From positions 288,001-352,000 of the forward strand of contig CBDBPB010000004.1 in the NCBI GenBank assembly GCA_965208615.1: a stretch of 64,000 nt of DNA. The letters are read 5' to 3'. Made by a program: the position numbers and the translations under genes. Positions 41,298 to 51,855 of the stretch are shown here, in pieces. Each line of letters starts with the position of its first letter. The first letter of the stretch is position 1. Below the pieces are notes generated by a model. That model saw nothing but the letters and a program-made list of their open reading frames with translations. It was not told where the DNA came from and made no database searches. The DNA comes from Spirochaetota bacterium. GTDB taxonomy: Bacteria > Spirochaetota > UBA6919 > CBDBPB01.

Positions 41298-44267
41298 ATG
41301 CTTTATAATCTTATGACAGAGCATACCAATATAAAAAAAAAGCTAAATCAATTATTTGATGTAGAACTTTATAGCAAGCTCAATAGCTATTCTTTTAAGA
41401 ATATTGATGAGTGTTATAAGCTAATTAAAAAGCTCTATAAGCTATGTGATGACTTTTATGTAGACCTACCAGAGGTTTTAGAGTTTCTAAGTGTTTCAGG
41501 GTGTATAGACAAGGCTCTAGAGGGCTTTATTTTACTAATAGAAAAAAGTAAAAATAGACAAAAACTAATAAAATATATTATAAGTAATCCATTATTTGCA
41601 AAGCTTGTTCCTCAAATACTTATACTGCCTTATGTTAATAAGATTCTCATCTTAGAACCAGACTGGTTATATTGGCTATTAGATCAGGATCTACATAATA
41701 TAAAGTCTAGTGACGACTATCTAGAAGAGCTAAAGTCTTTTAAGTGTAAAAATAAATCCAATAAATACCATTATATAGGCCTTTACAAAAACAGAGAAAC
41801 TTTTCGAATAGCAGTTAGAGAGCTTTTAGGAGAAGACTATTCAAAAATAGAAAAAGAACTTTCTAATCTTGCGGAGGCTTGCTTTAAAACAGCCTATGAT
41901 ATTGTTAACGAAAAATATAAAAAGCAGTATGGCTCAATTGATAATATAGGTTTAGCTATAATCGCCTTAGAAAGACTTGGAGCTTGTGAATTGTGCTATA
42001 ATGATGATGTATCCGTTTTAGTTATATATAGCGATTCTGATAAAAAAAATGTTAATGGCTCCAAATTATCTGCTTATAACTATTATACCAACTTTACCAG
42101 ACAATTAATTGAGATAATAGATAAAAATAATATTTATAGGCTAAGCTATCCCACAAGGTCTAAACGTGATAAAACTCCAAAAGTATATACCATAGATGAA
42201 TATATTTCTAAACTAGAAAATAATATAGCGGTATTTGAACGCTTTCAGCTTATTAAAGCAAGATTTTGTTGTGGAGATGTTAAACTGGGTAATACTTTCC
42301 TAACCCATGCCAATGTAATTACTTATAGAAAGTATCTTTCATTAGACGACATTTATAAGATAAAAGATTTAATAGGTAATTTTAGTCATTCAAAGGTGGT
42401 AAAACTTAAGGATATCGAGATTATGATTCAGATGATCCAGCTATTCCACGGTGGAAAAGTACATAACATACAAACTCAAAATACTTTGAATGCTATTAAT
42501 AAATTATATTGTACGGGATTGTTGAATAAAAGCGAAAAGAACATTTTAGAAGATGGTTATCATTTTTTTAAACTTTTGAAGCATGAGACTCAACTTTTTG
42601 ACAAAGAACAGTGTAAATCATTGATGACTAATAAAAAGCTACTTAAAACCATTGCTAAAAACTTAGGTTATTTACCCAAAACTGATAAAGATGCTGGTAC
42701 TTTATTTAAGGACTACTACAACAATATAAGTTATGAACTTCTTAAAACCTTAAAAAATTATTTTAGAGCTCTTGTAAGGATTAAGAATCCATCTTTTTTA
42801 TATTTATTAAACCATAAGCCTAAGTTAATTCAACATTTTATTGCAAGATATCAATTTAAGGATACAAAAAATGCATTTAATATGATAAAAGAACTTGCTC
42901 CTTCGACTCAAAAGGGTTCAGAGGCTTTTATAAACATTCTACCAATATTTTTAGAAGAAATTAAAAACTCTCCAGATAAAGACTTACTTCTTATTAACTT
43001 TTCTAAGGCTATCAAAAGCTACAACTTAAAAGATGGTTTATTCGAATTCTTTAATTATAACAGAAAAATAGTATGCTATTTATCTAAGGTATTCTCCAAT
43101 AGTGAGTTCCTAAGCGAAATCCTTATTCAGCATCCCGAGCTTTTTGAGGATATTACTAAAAAAGACTTTTTTGAATATAAATATTCTTTTGCAAACTTAC
43201 AAAGAGATCTTAACCAAATACTTAAGTTCAAGTCATTTGAGAAGGCTGTTTTTATTTTTAAAAACTATGAAATATTTAGGATAGGCCTAAAGAGTATTAT
43301 TGGAATCTCTAATATAATTAAAACTACCTATGAACTATCCGTTTTGGCAGAGACTATACTTTTTCACTCTATACAGTATTTCCTTAAAAAGCTATCTGAT
43401 AAAAAGGGTATGCCTGATTCTGAGGTTGCTGTTGTTTTACTTGGAAAGCTTGGAGGAAGAGAACTTAACTTTGGCTCTGACTTAGATATTTTTATAGTTT
43501 ATGAAAAAAATGGCGAGATTAGCTCTGGATATTATAATTCATCATTTTTTAACGACCTAACTGCAAAGACATCTAAGTTTTTATCTTATACGTCTGCATC
43601 TGGTATTCTTTATGACGTTGATCTTAAACTACGACCCCATGGTAAAAATGCTCCTGTGGTAATTTCGGCTAATAAGCTCGATGACTATTTACAAAAAAAA
43701 GGTGCTGTATGGGAAAAGCTCGTTTACACTAAGGCAAGGGTTATTTCTAAAAGCAATAAATTTGAGTTAAAAGTTAAGGATATTATAGATAGGTTTGTTT
43801 ATTCGCCGATAGATGTTTTAGAGTTTAAAAAAGAAGTTGTTCATATGCGAAAGCGTATTGTGGATAATGCTGTTAGTAAAAATGGACATAATCTATTTAA
43901 AAAGGGTAAGGGCGGACTCTTAGATCTAGAGTTTTTAGCACAATACCTTAATATTATACACGGAATAGAAAATAAGTATATTAGAAAAAAGAATATATTT
44001 AACTTATATTCCAGCCTATACCATTATGGTATTATAACTTTAGAGGACTTTAAAACTGCCAAAACAGCCTTGATATTTTTACGGAATATAGAAACAACAT
44101 TAAGAATTATGACTAATTATTCTCATGATAAGCTCCCTGAGTCTAAAGAAGAAAGGGATAAGCTGGCTATTAAGCTTGGATTTAGTAATACTAAGGCTTT
44201 TATGGATAAATATTACTTTATTAATAGTCAGGTTAGTGCTATTTATAAAAAGTTTCTTTTAAATTAA
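41298..44267 (+). CDS. glnE: Glutamine synthetase adenylyltransferase GlnE-like protein
   Basis: Two tandem nucleotidyltransferase modules; C-terminal GKLGGRELNFGSDLD, DLKLRPHG, KGGLLDLEF. Confidence 0.85.
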   Translation: MLYNLMTEHTNIKKKLNQLFDVELYSKLNSYSFKNIDECYKLIKKLYKLCDDFYVDLPEVLEFLSVSGCIDKALEGFILLIEKSKNRQKLIKYIISNPLFAKLVPQILILPYVNKILILEPDWLYWLLDQDLHNIKSSDDYLEELKSFKCKNKSNKYHYIGLYKNRETFRIAVRELLGEDYSKIEKELSNLAEACFKTAYDIVNEKYKKQYGSIDNIGLAIIALERLGACELCYNDDVSVLVIYSDSDKKNVNGSKLSAYNYYTNFTRQLIEIIDKNNIYRLSYPTRSKRDKTPKVYTIDEYISKLENNIAVFERFQLIKARFCCGDVKLGNTFLTHANVITYRKYLSLDDIYKIKDLIGNFSHSKVVKLKDIEIMIQMIQLFHGGKVHNIQTQNTLNAINKLYCTGLLNKSEKNILEDGYHFFKLLKHETQLFDKEQCKSLMTNKKLLKTIAKNLGYLPKTDKDAGTLFKDYYNNISYELLKTLKNYFRALVRIKNPSFLYLLNHKPKLIQHFIARYQFKDTKNAFNMIKELAPSTQKGSEAFINILPIFLEEIKNSPDKDLLLINFSKAIKSYNLKDGLFEFFNYNRKIVCYLSKVFSNSEFLSEILIQHPELFEDITKKDFFEYKYSFANLQRDLNQILKFKSFEKAVFIFKNYEIFRIGLKSIIGISNIIKTTYELSVLAETILFHSIQYFLKKLSDKKGMPDSEVAVVLLGKLGGRELNFGSDLDIFIVYEKNGEISSGYYNSSFFNDLTAKTSKFLSYTSASGILYDVDLKLRPHGKNAPVVISANKLDDYLQKKGAVWEKLVYTKARVISKSNKFELKVKDIIDRFVYSPIDVLEFKKEVVHMRKRIVDNAVSKNGHNLFKKGKGGLLDLEFLAQYLNIIHGIENKYIRKKNIFNLYSSLYHYGIITLEDFKTAKTALIFLRNIETTLRIMTNYSHDKLPESKEERDKLAIKLGFSNTKAFMDKYYFINSQVSAIYKKFLLN

Positions 44268-44371
44268 AAAAATATATATTAATAATAACTTAGTTAATTT
44301 TTCTATAACAAGGAAAATAGCTGATAATTTTTATAGTAGAATGCTTAATAAAAAATAGGAGATAAAAAAAA

Positions 44372-45583
44372 TTGGATTTAAAATATGTTAATCCATTTGT
44401 TTCTTCGGCAGTATCTGTAATTAAAGAAGTAGTTGGGGTGACTGCTATAAAAAAGCAGATATACGTTGCTAAAGGCAAAGAAAGCTTAGGCGGTGTCTCT
44501 ATATTTTTCAATATAATTGGAGATGCAGAAGGACAAATCATATTTGATCTTCCACCTGGTATCTCTACAGCTATTGCACAGGAAATGATTGGGTTAAACC
44601 TAAAAGAAATTATCAAAGACATGGAGCAAAAAGAACTCTTTAAGTCAGCTATTGCAGAACTCGGTAATATGATTTCTGGTACAGCAATTACCAAGCTTGA
44701 AGAGTATAATTATGACTGTGATATAAAGTCTCCCCAAGTTTATGTAGGACCTACTACTCTTTTGACTCACCCGTCTATTGCAACTATTGTTATAGAGATG
44801 AATACTGATATAGGTGATTTTTCTATAAATCTTGTTAATAAAAAACAGCGTTATCTTGAAAATATTGAAATTGTTATGGTTAAAACTAACAACGATATTA
44901 ACGAAGCAATAGCTACAAAACTGCTACCAAAAGGGTTTTATCTTTATTCCACTAATGAGATGGAACAAGTTAAATACTATCTCCGTAATAAAAAAGTTGA
45001 TTTTATTTTAATTGATGTAGATCATATTATTAACGAACTTGACTCTACCATAAATAGCTTTAGAGAGCTTAGTGGTAATACTAAATTTAAGATAATTGTG
45101 TTTTCTGATAAAAAAGATCGCAATTTTCTTTTAAGAATACAAAAACTAGGTGCTGCTGGATTACTTCTTAAGTCTACTAATACTGAACAAGTGCTTATAA
45201 AGCTACAAGGAATACTTGCTCGACTGGGAGTTAAGTTAAATGAAAAGAGAAAACAAATTTCTATTAAAATAGATGCCAGTAATATGTTTAAGGTTAATAT
45301 TAAATTAAGTGAAAAACTAAATATATCAGGCATGATTACAGAATTATCAATGAATGGATTAACCTTTATTCCTGAAAATAAAGAAATAGTTAAATCATTA
45401 GACCTTCCATATAAATCATCAGATATACAAATTAATTTAAAAGGTAAATATATCCTTACTGATGGAGCAATAGAGATAGATGATAATGATAATACTATTA
45501 TCAAGTTCATTTCGCTAAAAGAAAAGTTTAGTAAAATATTAGCATTAGCTGTTTTTGATAAAATGTCTTCTTTTAATCCATAA
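44372..45583 (+). CDS. CheX phosphatase fused to receiver and PilZ-like domains
   Basis: YVNPF, SAIAELGNMISG (ExxN); DFILID receiver; EKRK..ELSMNG PilZ-like tail. Confidence 0.75.
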   Translation: MDLKYVNPFVSSAVSVIKEVVGVTAIKKQIYVAKGKESLGGVSIFFNIIGDAEGQIIFDLPPGISTAIAQEMIGLNLKEIIKDMEQKELFKSAIAELGNMISGTAITKLEEYNYDCDIKSPQVYVGPTTLLTHPSIATIVIEMNTDIGDFSINLVNKKQRYLENIEIVMVKTNNDINEAIATKLLPKGFYLYSTNEMEQVKYYLRNKKVDFILIDVDHIINELDSTINSFRELSGNTKFKIIVFSDKKDRNFLLRIQKLGAAGLLLKSTNTEQVLIKLQGILARLGVKLNEKRKQISIKIDASNMFKVNIKLSEKLNISGMITELSMNGLTFIPENKEIVKSLDLPYKSSDIQINLKGKYILTDGAIEIDDNDNTIIKFISLKEKFSKILALAVFDKMSSFNP

Positions 45584-45614
45584 CCTTATATAAAAACATA
45601 AATAAGACATATTA

Positions 45615-46139
45615 TCAAATAAGTTGTTTTCTATAATGCTGTCTAGTGTTGTTAAAAAAGCTTATAACTCCACTTGATCGATAATCGGGATAGGTCCAAC
45701 TGTTAGGACTAAAAGAGTTTTTTCTATAACTTAAGGTTATTTCTGCAAATATTCCCATTCCAATATATATTCTATGAGCAAAGTTTTTAGTGGTTAAAAG
45801 TATCACTTTTGCCTCTGTTAAATAGCCTGGATCAATATTTACACTTCTCTTTAGATTAGCATCTGCAAGTTCCATCTCTATGTCATTAGAAATATGTTTT
45901 AGCGTGGGAGCATTATCCTTATGTATTAGTGAACTAAAAGTTAAGATTATTTTTCCTAAAGGATAATCCATTTCTTTATGATAATAGTCACTAAAACTAC
46001 TAAAGCAGTATGAATGAACATGACTTACTCTACCAAAGTGCTTTTTTAGTAAACTAAGAACTTTTTTATATACTTTTATATCCTTATATGTAATTGATAT
46101 AAACAGCTTTACAGGCTTAATACTATTAATTTTACCCAT
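45615..46139 (-). CDS. DUF4416 family protein
   Basis: YYHKEM, RSVNIDPGY, TTKNFAHRIY, WTYPDY. Confidence 0.85.
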   Translation of the reverse strand: MGKINSIKPVKLFISITYKDIKVYKKVLSLLKKHFGRVSHVHSYCFSSFSDYYHKEMDYPLGKIILTFSSLIHKDNAPTLKHISNDIEMELADANLKRSVNIDPGYLTEAKVILLTTKNFAHRIYIGMGIFAEITLSYRKNSFSPNSWTYPDYRSSGVISFFNNTRQHYRKQLI

Positions 46140-46160
46140 ATTAGTATACCCTTATTATTT

Positions 46161-47096
46161 TTAATCCATTAATGCTTTTATATGCGTTGAAACCGATTTA
46201 GATAATGCACCTAGGTTATATCCCCCTTCTAATACGGATACTATTTTACCATTACAAAATCTTTTTGCAATTTTTAATATTTCTTTGGTCATTAATGAGA
46301 AACCTTTTTCCGTTAGAGACATTTCTCCAAGGGGATCATCAATATGAGCATCAAATCCAGCAGATATCATAATAAAATCTGGATTAAAACTATTTATAGC
46401 CGGTATAATTTTCTCGTCAAAGGCCTTTAGATAGTGGATATCTATAGAATGTGAAGGCATAGGACAATTTAATGTATAGTTTTTACCTTTTCCTATACCA
46501 ATATCTTTTTGCAGTCCACTACCCGGATATAGCTTATCTTGGTGTAAACTGACAAAAAAAACATTATTATCATCATAAAAAAAATCCTGTGTACCGTTGC
46601 CGTGATGCACATCCCAATCTAATATAAGTACTTTTTTTATATTATATTTATCCCGCAGATAGCGAGTAGCTATAGCTATATTATTAAAAAAACAAAAACC
46701 CATTGATGAGTTTTTTTTAGCATGATGTCCTGGCGGTCTTACTGCACAAAAAGCCCTGTTTATCGTATCATCCATAATACTGTCTATGGCAGACATAACC
46801 CCTCCTACTGCCCATAGAGCAACTTCATATGTTTTACTGTTAATAGGGGTATCAATACTGTCTAAAAAGCTGTTTTTGTTTTTGGATGCCATTTCTAATC
46901 GCTGTATGTAGCTATTATTATGTACTTCTCTAATCCAGTTTATGGATGGCCTATAGGGTTCAATATGTTTTAGCTTATAGAAAATACCATCCCTTTTAAG
47001 CTGGCGAATAATGGATGTAATTCGACTAGGGCGTTCTGGATGCCTATTATTAGTTTTATGTTCAAGATAAATTGGACTAGTAATAAAACCAACCAT
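46161..47096 (-). CDS. Histone deacetylase family protein
   Basis: HPERPSR, RPPGHHA, DWDVHHGNG, SAGFDAH, LEGGY. Confidence 0.94.
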   Translation of the reverse strand: MVGFITSPIYLEHKTNNRHPERPSRITSIIRQLKRDGIFYKLKHIEPYRPSINWIREVHNNSYIQRLEMASKNKNSFLDSIDTPINSKTYEVALWAVGGVMSAIDSIMDDTINRAFCAVRPPGHHAKKNSSMGFCFFNNIAIATRYLRDKYNIKKVLILDWDVHHGNGTQDFFYDDNNVFFVSLHQDKLYPGSGLQKDIGIGKGKNYTLNCPMPSHSIDIHYLKAFDEKIIPAINSFNPDFIMISAGFDAHIDDPLGEMSLTEKGFSLMTKEILKIAKRFCNGKIVSVLEGGYNLGALSKSVSTHIKALMD

Positions 47097-47313
47097 AGTT
47101 ATACACCTTAAGTATTAGACGGCTATAAAGTATAACTTATTACACTACCTAAGGCTATAGCGTAAATAAATAACAACAAAAATTAAAATAAACCAAAATA
47201 AGCTTGACTTATAAATAATCAAAATTTAATTTATAGACCATATTCAAAGTTATTGTTAAATTTAACTTTCTATAAATATCTAATTTATTTATAAATTATA
47301 ATGAGTTGTCTTA

Positions 47314-48426
47314 ATGAATTACATTATTTTTGCTATATCTTTTATAATAATTAACTTATTCATAGCCTATATCCTAAAAAGAGTTGTAAAATATCACCGT
47401 ATTCGTCGTAACTTTTTTGATATATCTCTTAGTCTAGTATTAGTTATTATGTTAATCATTTGTTCGTTAGAGATCTTATATTATTCTTTTTTCCCTATAG
47501 ACTTTGCCTTTAGCGTTATAATACTAAGTTTTATATTTGCCTTATACTTAACTAAGTCTGTTTTTAGGGTTAAGGTAAAAAAAGCTTTTTCTTTACTATT
47601 TGTATCAGTTATTTTCTCTATAATACCGTTATACCTTGTTACTATCTTTCTTATGGATATATATAGAGTCCCAAACAACTCTATGGCTCCTTATCTCGAA
47701 CCCAATAAAACCTATGTTTTAGTGAATAAAGTTAGTTATGGTCTTAATAAACCCCTATATAATGAAATAATTATAAGCTGGAATAAACCACAACAAGGTG
47801 ATATTGTTCTTTTTAAATCCCCTTTAGATGATAAACAAAATTTTATATCAAAGAATACTCTATTTAGTATATTAAACTTCTTAAGTTTTAATTTATTTGG
47901 TTTACCGTCTAATCCGTCTAATCCGTCTAATCCCAACATAATATTCGCCAGAATCCTAAGCAAACCAGGTGAATATTTACCTTATAAAAATCCCTATTCT
48001 AATTTAGAAGAATATAATAAACAGCATTTTTTATATATTCCCAAAAGAAATGATAAAATAGAAGTAATATTAAGTCCAGATAGAAAAACTGTTAGGTTTT
48101 CTAACACTACAAGATTCTCTTTTACTATAAGTATAGACAGTCTTCCAACAAATTTAAGGTCTTATGAAAATAGCGCTAAAAACCTTTTGTATTTTTATAG
48201 ATTTTTATTTCCAGACAATCTAAAAAGTATTATTTTATCAAAAGGAGAATACGTTTTTCAAGTTTATAATGACTATTACTTTGTTTCAGCAGATAATAAA
48301 AATAGCATATATGATAGTAGATATTTTGGTATAATACCCTATAAAAATATTATTGGCAAGGCTTTTTTTATAGTAATACCAATATATAATTTTAGTCCAA
48401 TTTTACCTAAGGAATCTGACAAATAG
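47314..48426 (+). CDS. Signal peptidase I (S26)-like membrane protein, possibly inactive
   Basis: NNSMAP, VNKVSYG, GDIVLF, DSRYFG, IIGKA; box D lysine not seen. Confidence 0.75.
   Translation: MNYIIFAISFIIINLFIAYILKRVVKYHRIRRNFFDISLSLVLVIMLIICSLEILYYSFFPIDFAFSVIILSFIFALYLTKSVFRVKVKKAFSLLFVSVIFSIIPLYLVTIFLMDIYRVPNNSMAPYLEPNKTYVLVNKVSYGLNKPLYNEIIISWNKPQQGDIVLFKSPLDDKQNFISKNTLFSILNFLSFNLFGLPSNPSNPSNPNIIFARILSKPGEYLPYKNPYSNLEEYNKQHFLYIPKRNDKIEVILSPDRKTVRFSNTTRFSFTISIDSLPTNLRSYENSAKNLLYFYRFLFPDNLKSIILSKGEYVFQVYNDYYFVSADNKNSIYDSRYFGIIPYKNIIGKAFFIVIPIYNFSPILPKESDK
47905..47933. repeat. In-frame 9-bp tandem repeat (CCGTCTAAT x3)
   Basis: Encodes PSNPSNPSNP. Confidence 0.9.
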
Positions 48427-48432
48427 TTATAT

Positions 48433-48723
48433 TTATTTAGCTATTTCATTCATTGCCTTTTTTAGTTTCTCAATAAGAGATATTTCCTCACTTATCATTC
48501 CCTCTCCACCTATAGCATTATCAGACCATATAATCATAATTTTTAGATCTCTTTCATTAACATCAATAGCTCCGTCTTTAACGTTATTTTTAAGCTTATC
48601 TAACGTAATTCTTTCTTCTGGCAATATTACATTATGATCACCATAATGTCCACCTGAGATGGTGTTTTCAGCCCAAATTAATAATTGTTTAACTTCTAGT
48701 GCATTAACCCTTAATTTAATCAT
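48433..48723 (-). CDS. Hypothetical protein with internal two-fold repeat
   Basis: LLIWAENTISGG..EE..LDKLK and MIIWSDNAIGG..EE..IEKLK. Confidence 0.7.
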   Translation of the reverse strand: MIKLRVNALEVKQLLIWAENTISGGHYGDHNVILPEERITLDKLKNNVKDGAIDVNERDLKIMIIWSDNAIGGEGMISEEISLIEKLKKAMNEIAK

Positions 48724-48838
48724 ATAGCTAACCCCAGTTACTTAGGTATTCTGACTATCTTAATAAAAACGTCTTATTAGGCGTACTAGCTAAAAAAGCG
48801 TGCTGTTTATTTAAATAAATAAGTGTTGTCACTTTTTG

Positions 48839-50188
48839 TTAATTTTTATTATTAAAGTTAAAGGTTTCTAAATATCTTGTAGAATATTTACCTTTTTTGA
48901 AGTCATTATCTTTCATAACCTCTTTGTGAAACGGAATAGTAGTATCAATTCCCTCAATAATAAACTCACCCAAGCTTCTGGTCATCTTATTAATAGCCTG
49001 ACTACGATCCTCACCCCAAACAATTAGTTTAGCAACTAAAGAATCATAATAAGGAGGAACCTCATATTCAGCATATAAATGACTATCCATACGAACACCA
49101 AATCCACCAGGAGGATGAAATGTCTTTACCTTGCCAGGAGAAGAAGAAAAATTATTAAAAGGATTCTCAGCATTAATCCTACACTCTATTGCATGACCAT
49201 TAAATTTAACCTGATCCTGTTTAAAGCTTAGCTTTTTACCTTCTGCAATCAATATTTGTTCTTTAACAATATCAATGCCAGTAACCATCTCGCTAACAGG
49301 ATGTTCAACCTGAATACGAGTATTCATTTCCATAAAATAAAACTGTTTATCAGAATCAAGTAAGAATTCAACTGTTCCAGCACCAACATAATTAACTGCC
49401 TTAACTCCTTTAATAGCGGCTTCTCCCATTTTCTGTCGTAACTGATGACTAAGGTCAGGTGATGGAGATTCTTCGATTAATTTTTGATGTTTTCTCTGAA
49501 TAGAACAATCACGCTCACCAAGATGAATGATATTTCCATGTCTATCTGCGAGGATCTGTATTTCAATATGCCTTGGGTCCTCAAAAAACTTCTCTAAATA
49601 AAGATTAGGATTTTTAAAAGACTTGTCAGCTTCTGCCTGAGCCATATAAAAAGCATTTTCAAAGTCATTTTCAGAATATACAACACGCATTCCTTTCCCC
49701 CCCCCTCCAGCAGTAGCTTTAATTATAACAGGAAAACCAATATCTTTAGCAACTTCTAAACCACTTGTTGCACTCTCTAATATCTCCGATCCGGGAGTAA
49801 CAGGAACACCCGCTTTAATCATAGTCTTTCTGGCAGTAGCTTTATCACCCATAGAATCAATAACATCCTTTGGTGGTCCAATAAAGTTTAGCTTATTTTC
49901 CTCGCAAATTTGAGCAAATAATCCACTTTCCGCTAAAAAACCATATCCAGGATGAATAGCGTCTGCACCAGTTATCTCAGCCGCACCAATAATACTTGGA
50001 ATATGCAAATAGGACTTTAAACTATCAGGAGGACCTATACATACATCCTCATCCGCAAAACGTCTATGTAAACTCAAATCATCTGCAGTAGAATGTACTC
50101 CCACTGTTTTTATACCAAGTTCTTTGCATGCTCTAATAATTCGCAATGCAATCTCACCACGATTTGCAATAAGTACTTTTTTTATCAA
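48839..50188 (-). CDS. accC: Biotin carboxylase
   Basis: [43 protein letters not shown]. Confidence 0.96.
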   Translation of the reverse strand: MIKKVLIANRGEIALRIIRACKELGIKTVGVHSTADDLSLHRRFADEDVCIGPPDSLKSYLHIPSIIGAAEITGADAIHPGYGFLAESGLFAQICEENKLNFIGPPKDVIDSMGDKATARKTMIKAGVPVTPGSEILESATSGLEVAKDIGFPVIIKATAGGGGKGMRVVYSENDFENAFYMAQAEADKSFKNPNLYLEKFFEDPRHIEIQILADRHGNIIHLGERDCSIQRKHQKLIEESPSPDLSHQLRQKMGEAAIKGVKAVNYVGAGTVEFLLDSDKQFYFMEMNTRIQVEHPVSEMVTGIDIVKEQILIAEGKKLSFKQDQVKFNGHAIECRINAENPFNNFSSSPGKVKTFHPPGGFGVRMDSHLYAEYEVPPYYDSLVAKLIVWGEDRSQAINKMTRSLGEFIIEGIDTTIPFHKEVMKDNDFKKGKYSTRYLETFNFNNKN

Positions 50189-50205
50189 TTATCTACCCCA
50201 TATAT

Positions 50206-50646
50206 TTATTTATTAGCCTGTCTAAGCCTAAAAAGAGGTTGTGCAAACTCTACTGCTTGTCCGTCTTCTACTAATATCTCTACTATTTTACCACTAAAGT
50301 CAGAAATAACCTCATATTGGAAATTCATTGAGCTAATATAAGCAACTAATTTTTGCTTTTCTACTACCTCTCTAAGTTTAACTAAAGGCTTACCACCAGA
50401 CTTTTGACTCCTTCTAAAAAAGCCAACATGTGGTGATGTTATATCAAAAGTATCATCCTCTGGTACTTTTTTACCCTCTTTTTCTACTATTAACTTAGAT
50501 TCCTCAGATTTGCTCTCAATATGGTCTTGTTTATCACAAGCTCCTTTTATTATCTCAACCTTTTTTTTAGGGCTTTCTAGTTTAAAATATTTTACATCAG
50601 TGTTAGCCAAAGACTCTAAAACACTTTCTAAAAAGTCAGTATTCAT
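50206..50646 (-). CDS. accB: Biotin carboxyl carrier protein-like (lacks biotinyl Lys)
   Basis: ITSPHVGFF, SGKIVEILVEDGQAVEFAQPLF; lies between efp and accC; SSMNF in place of EAMKM. Confidence 0.75.
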   Translation of the reverse strand: MNTDFLESVLESLANTDVKYFKLESPKKKVEIIKGACDKQDHIESKSEESKLIVEKEGKKVPEDDTFDITSPHVGFFRRSQKSGGKPLVKLREVVEKQKLVAYISSMNFQYEVISDFSGKIVEILVEDGQAVEFAQPLFRLRQANK

Positions 50647-50681
50647 TATATCCTCAAAAAAAAATAATAATAAAGTTAATG

Positions 50682-51242
50682 TTAATTTACTCTCTCTACG
50701 TACTCACCAGTTCTAGTATCAATTTTAATTTTTTCTCCATTGCTTATAAAAAGAGGAACAAGTAACGTATAACCTGTTTTAATAGTAGCAGGTTTATTTG
50801 CTCCACTAACGCTATCACCTTTTAATCCTGGCTCAGTATGAATTACTTCCATTTCCACAAACATAGGAAGAATTATATTAATAATATCATCGTTATAAAG
50901 TTCTATTTCAAGTTCCATACCCTCTACTAAAAAGTTAATATTATTACCAACATCACTCTTAGACAACGATTGTTGCTCATAAGTATTACTATTCATCAAC
51001 ACTATATCATTACCATCAGAGTATAAATATTGAACACTACACCTTTCTATATAGGCATCTTCTATTTTTTCTTCAGACCTAAAAGTCTTTTCAATAACAA
51101 TATTTTTTTTTAGTTGACGTAGCTTAGTTCTAACAAATGCACCACCTTTTCCCGGTTTTACATGTTGATGTTCTACTACATTATATAGCTCCCCGTTTAA
51201 TAAAATAATAACTCCTTTTTTTAATCCATTTGCTGAAATCAC
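50682..51242 (-). CDS. efp: Elongation factor P
   Basis: HVKPGKGGAFVR, PGLKGD, VPLFI, IDTRTGEY. Confidence 0.96.
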   Translation of the reverse strand: MISANGLKKGVIILLNGELYNVVEHQHVKPGKGGAFVRTKLRQLKKNIVIEKTFRSEEKIEDAYIERCSVQYLYSDGNDIVLMNSNTYEQQSLSKSDVGNNINFLVEGMELEIELYNDDIINIILPMFVEMEVIHTEPGLKGDSVSGANKPATIKTGYTLLVPLFISNGEKIKIDTRTGEYVERVN

Positions 51243-51423
51243 TATATACCTCTATATTAGCCCTAAAATAATCAATAAGTATTATAAAATACTTTATATA
51301 AATAACCATCCTAATTTTAAATATAGTAATACATAAATTATATATTACAAAAAAAGTTAAATCTAATCTATAAAATTGAAAGACCGTTGTCAAGTAGAAA
51401 AGTAAAAATTAGATTATATTATA

Positions 51424-51855
51424 TCATAAAAGAGTAATAAGATGACGTAGGGCAAGAAAATACCCATCAGAACCAAGCCCCATAATCACTCCCTTTGCTA
51501 TATCATGAAAATAGGACTTTTGTCTAAAGCCTTCTCTCTTATAGATGTTCGAAAGATGAACCTCTATCATTATAAGGTCATAGGCTAATATAGCATCCCG
51601 TATGGCAATAGATGTGTGAGTATAAGCAGCAGGATTTATAATTAATGCATTTGCATCCTTAGCATTATTTTGTATAAAGTTTATAATATCTCCTTCGTGA
51701 TTAGAAAAAAATATATTTAACTTAATATAGTTTTTATTAGCAAGCTCTATCAACTCACTATTTATGTCATCAAGGGTTTTAGCTCCATATATATTTGTCT
51801 CTCTTGTTCCTAGTAGGTTTAGATTTGGACCATGTATTACTAATACATTTTTCAT
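51424..51855 (-). CDS. aroQ: Type II 3-dehydroquinate dehydratase
   Basis: GPNLNLLGTRE, SNHEG, INPAAYTHTS, EVHLSN. Confidence 0.96.
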   Translation of the reverse strand: MKNVLVIHGPNLNLLGTRETNIYGAKTLDDINSELIELANKNYIKLNIFFSNHEGDIINFIQNNAKDANALIINPAAYTHTSIAIRDAILAYDLIMIEVHLSNIYKREGFRQKSYFHDIAKGVIMGLGSDGYFLALRHLITLL

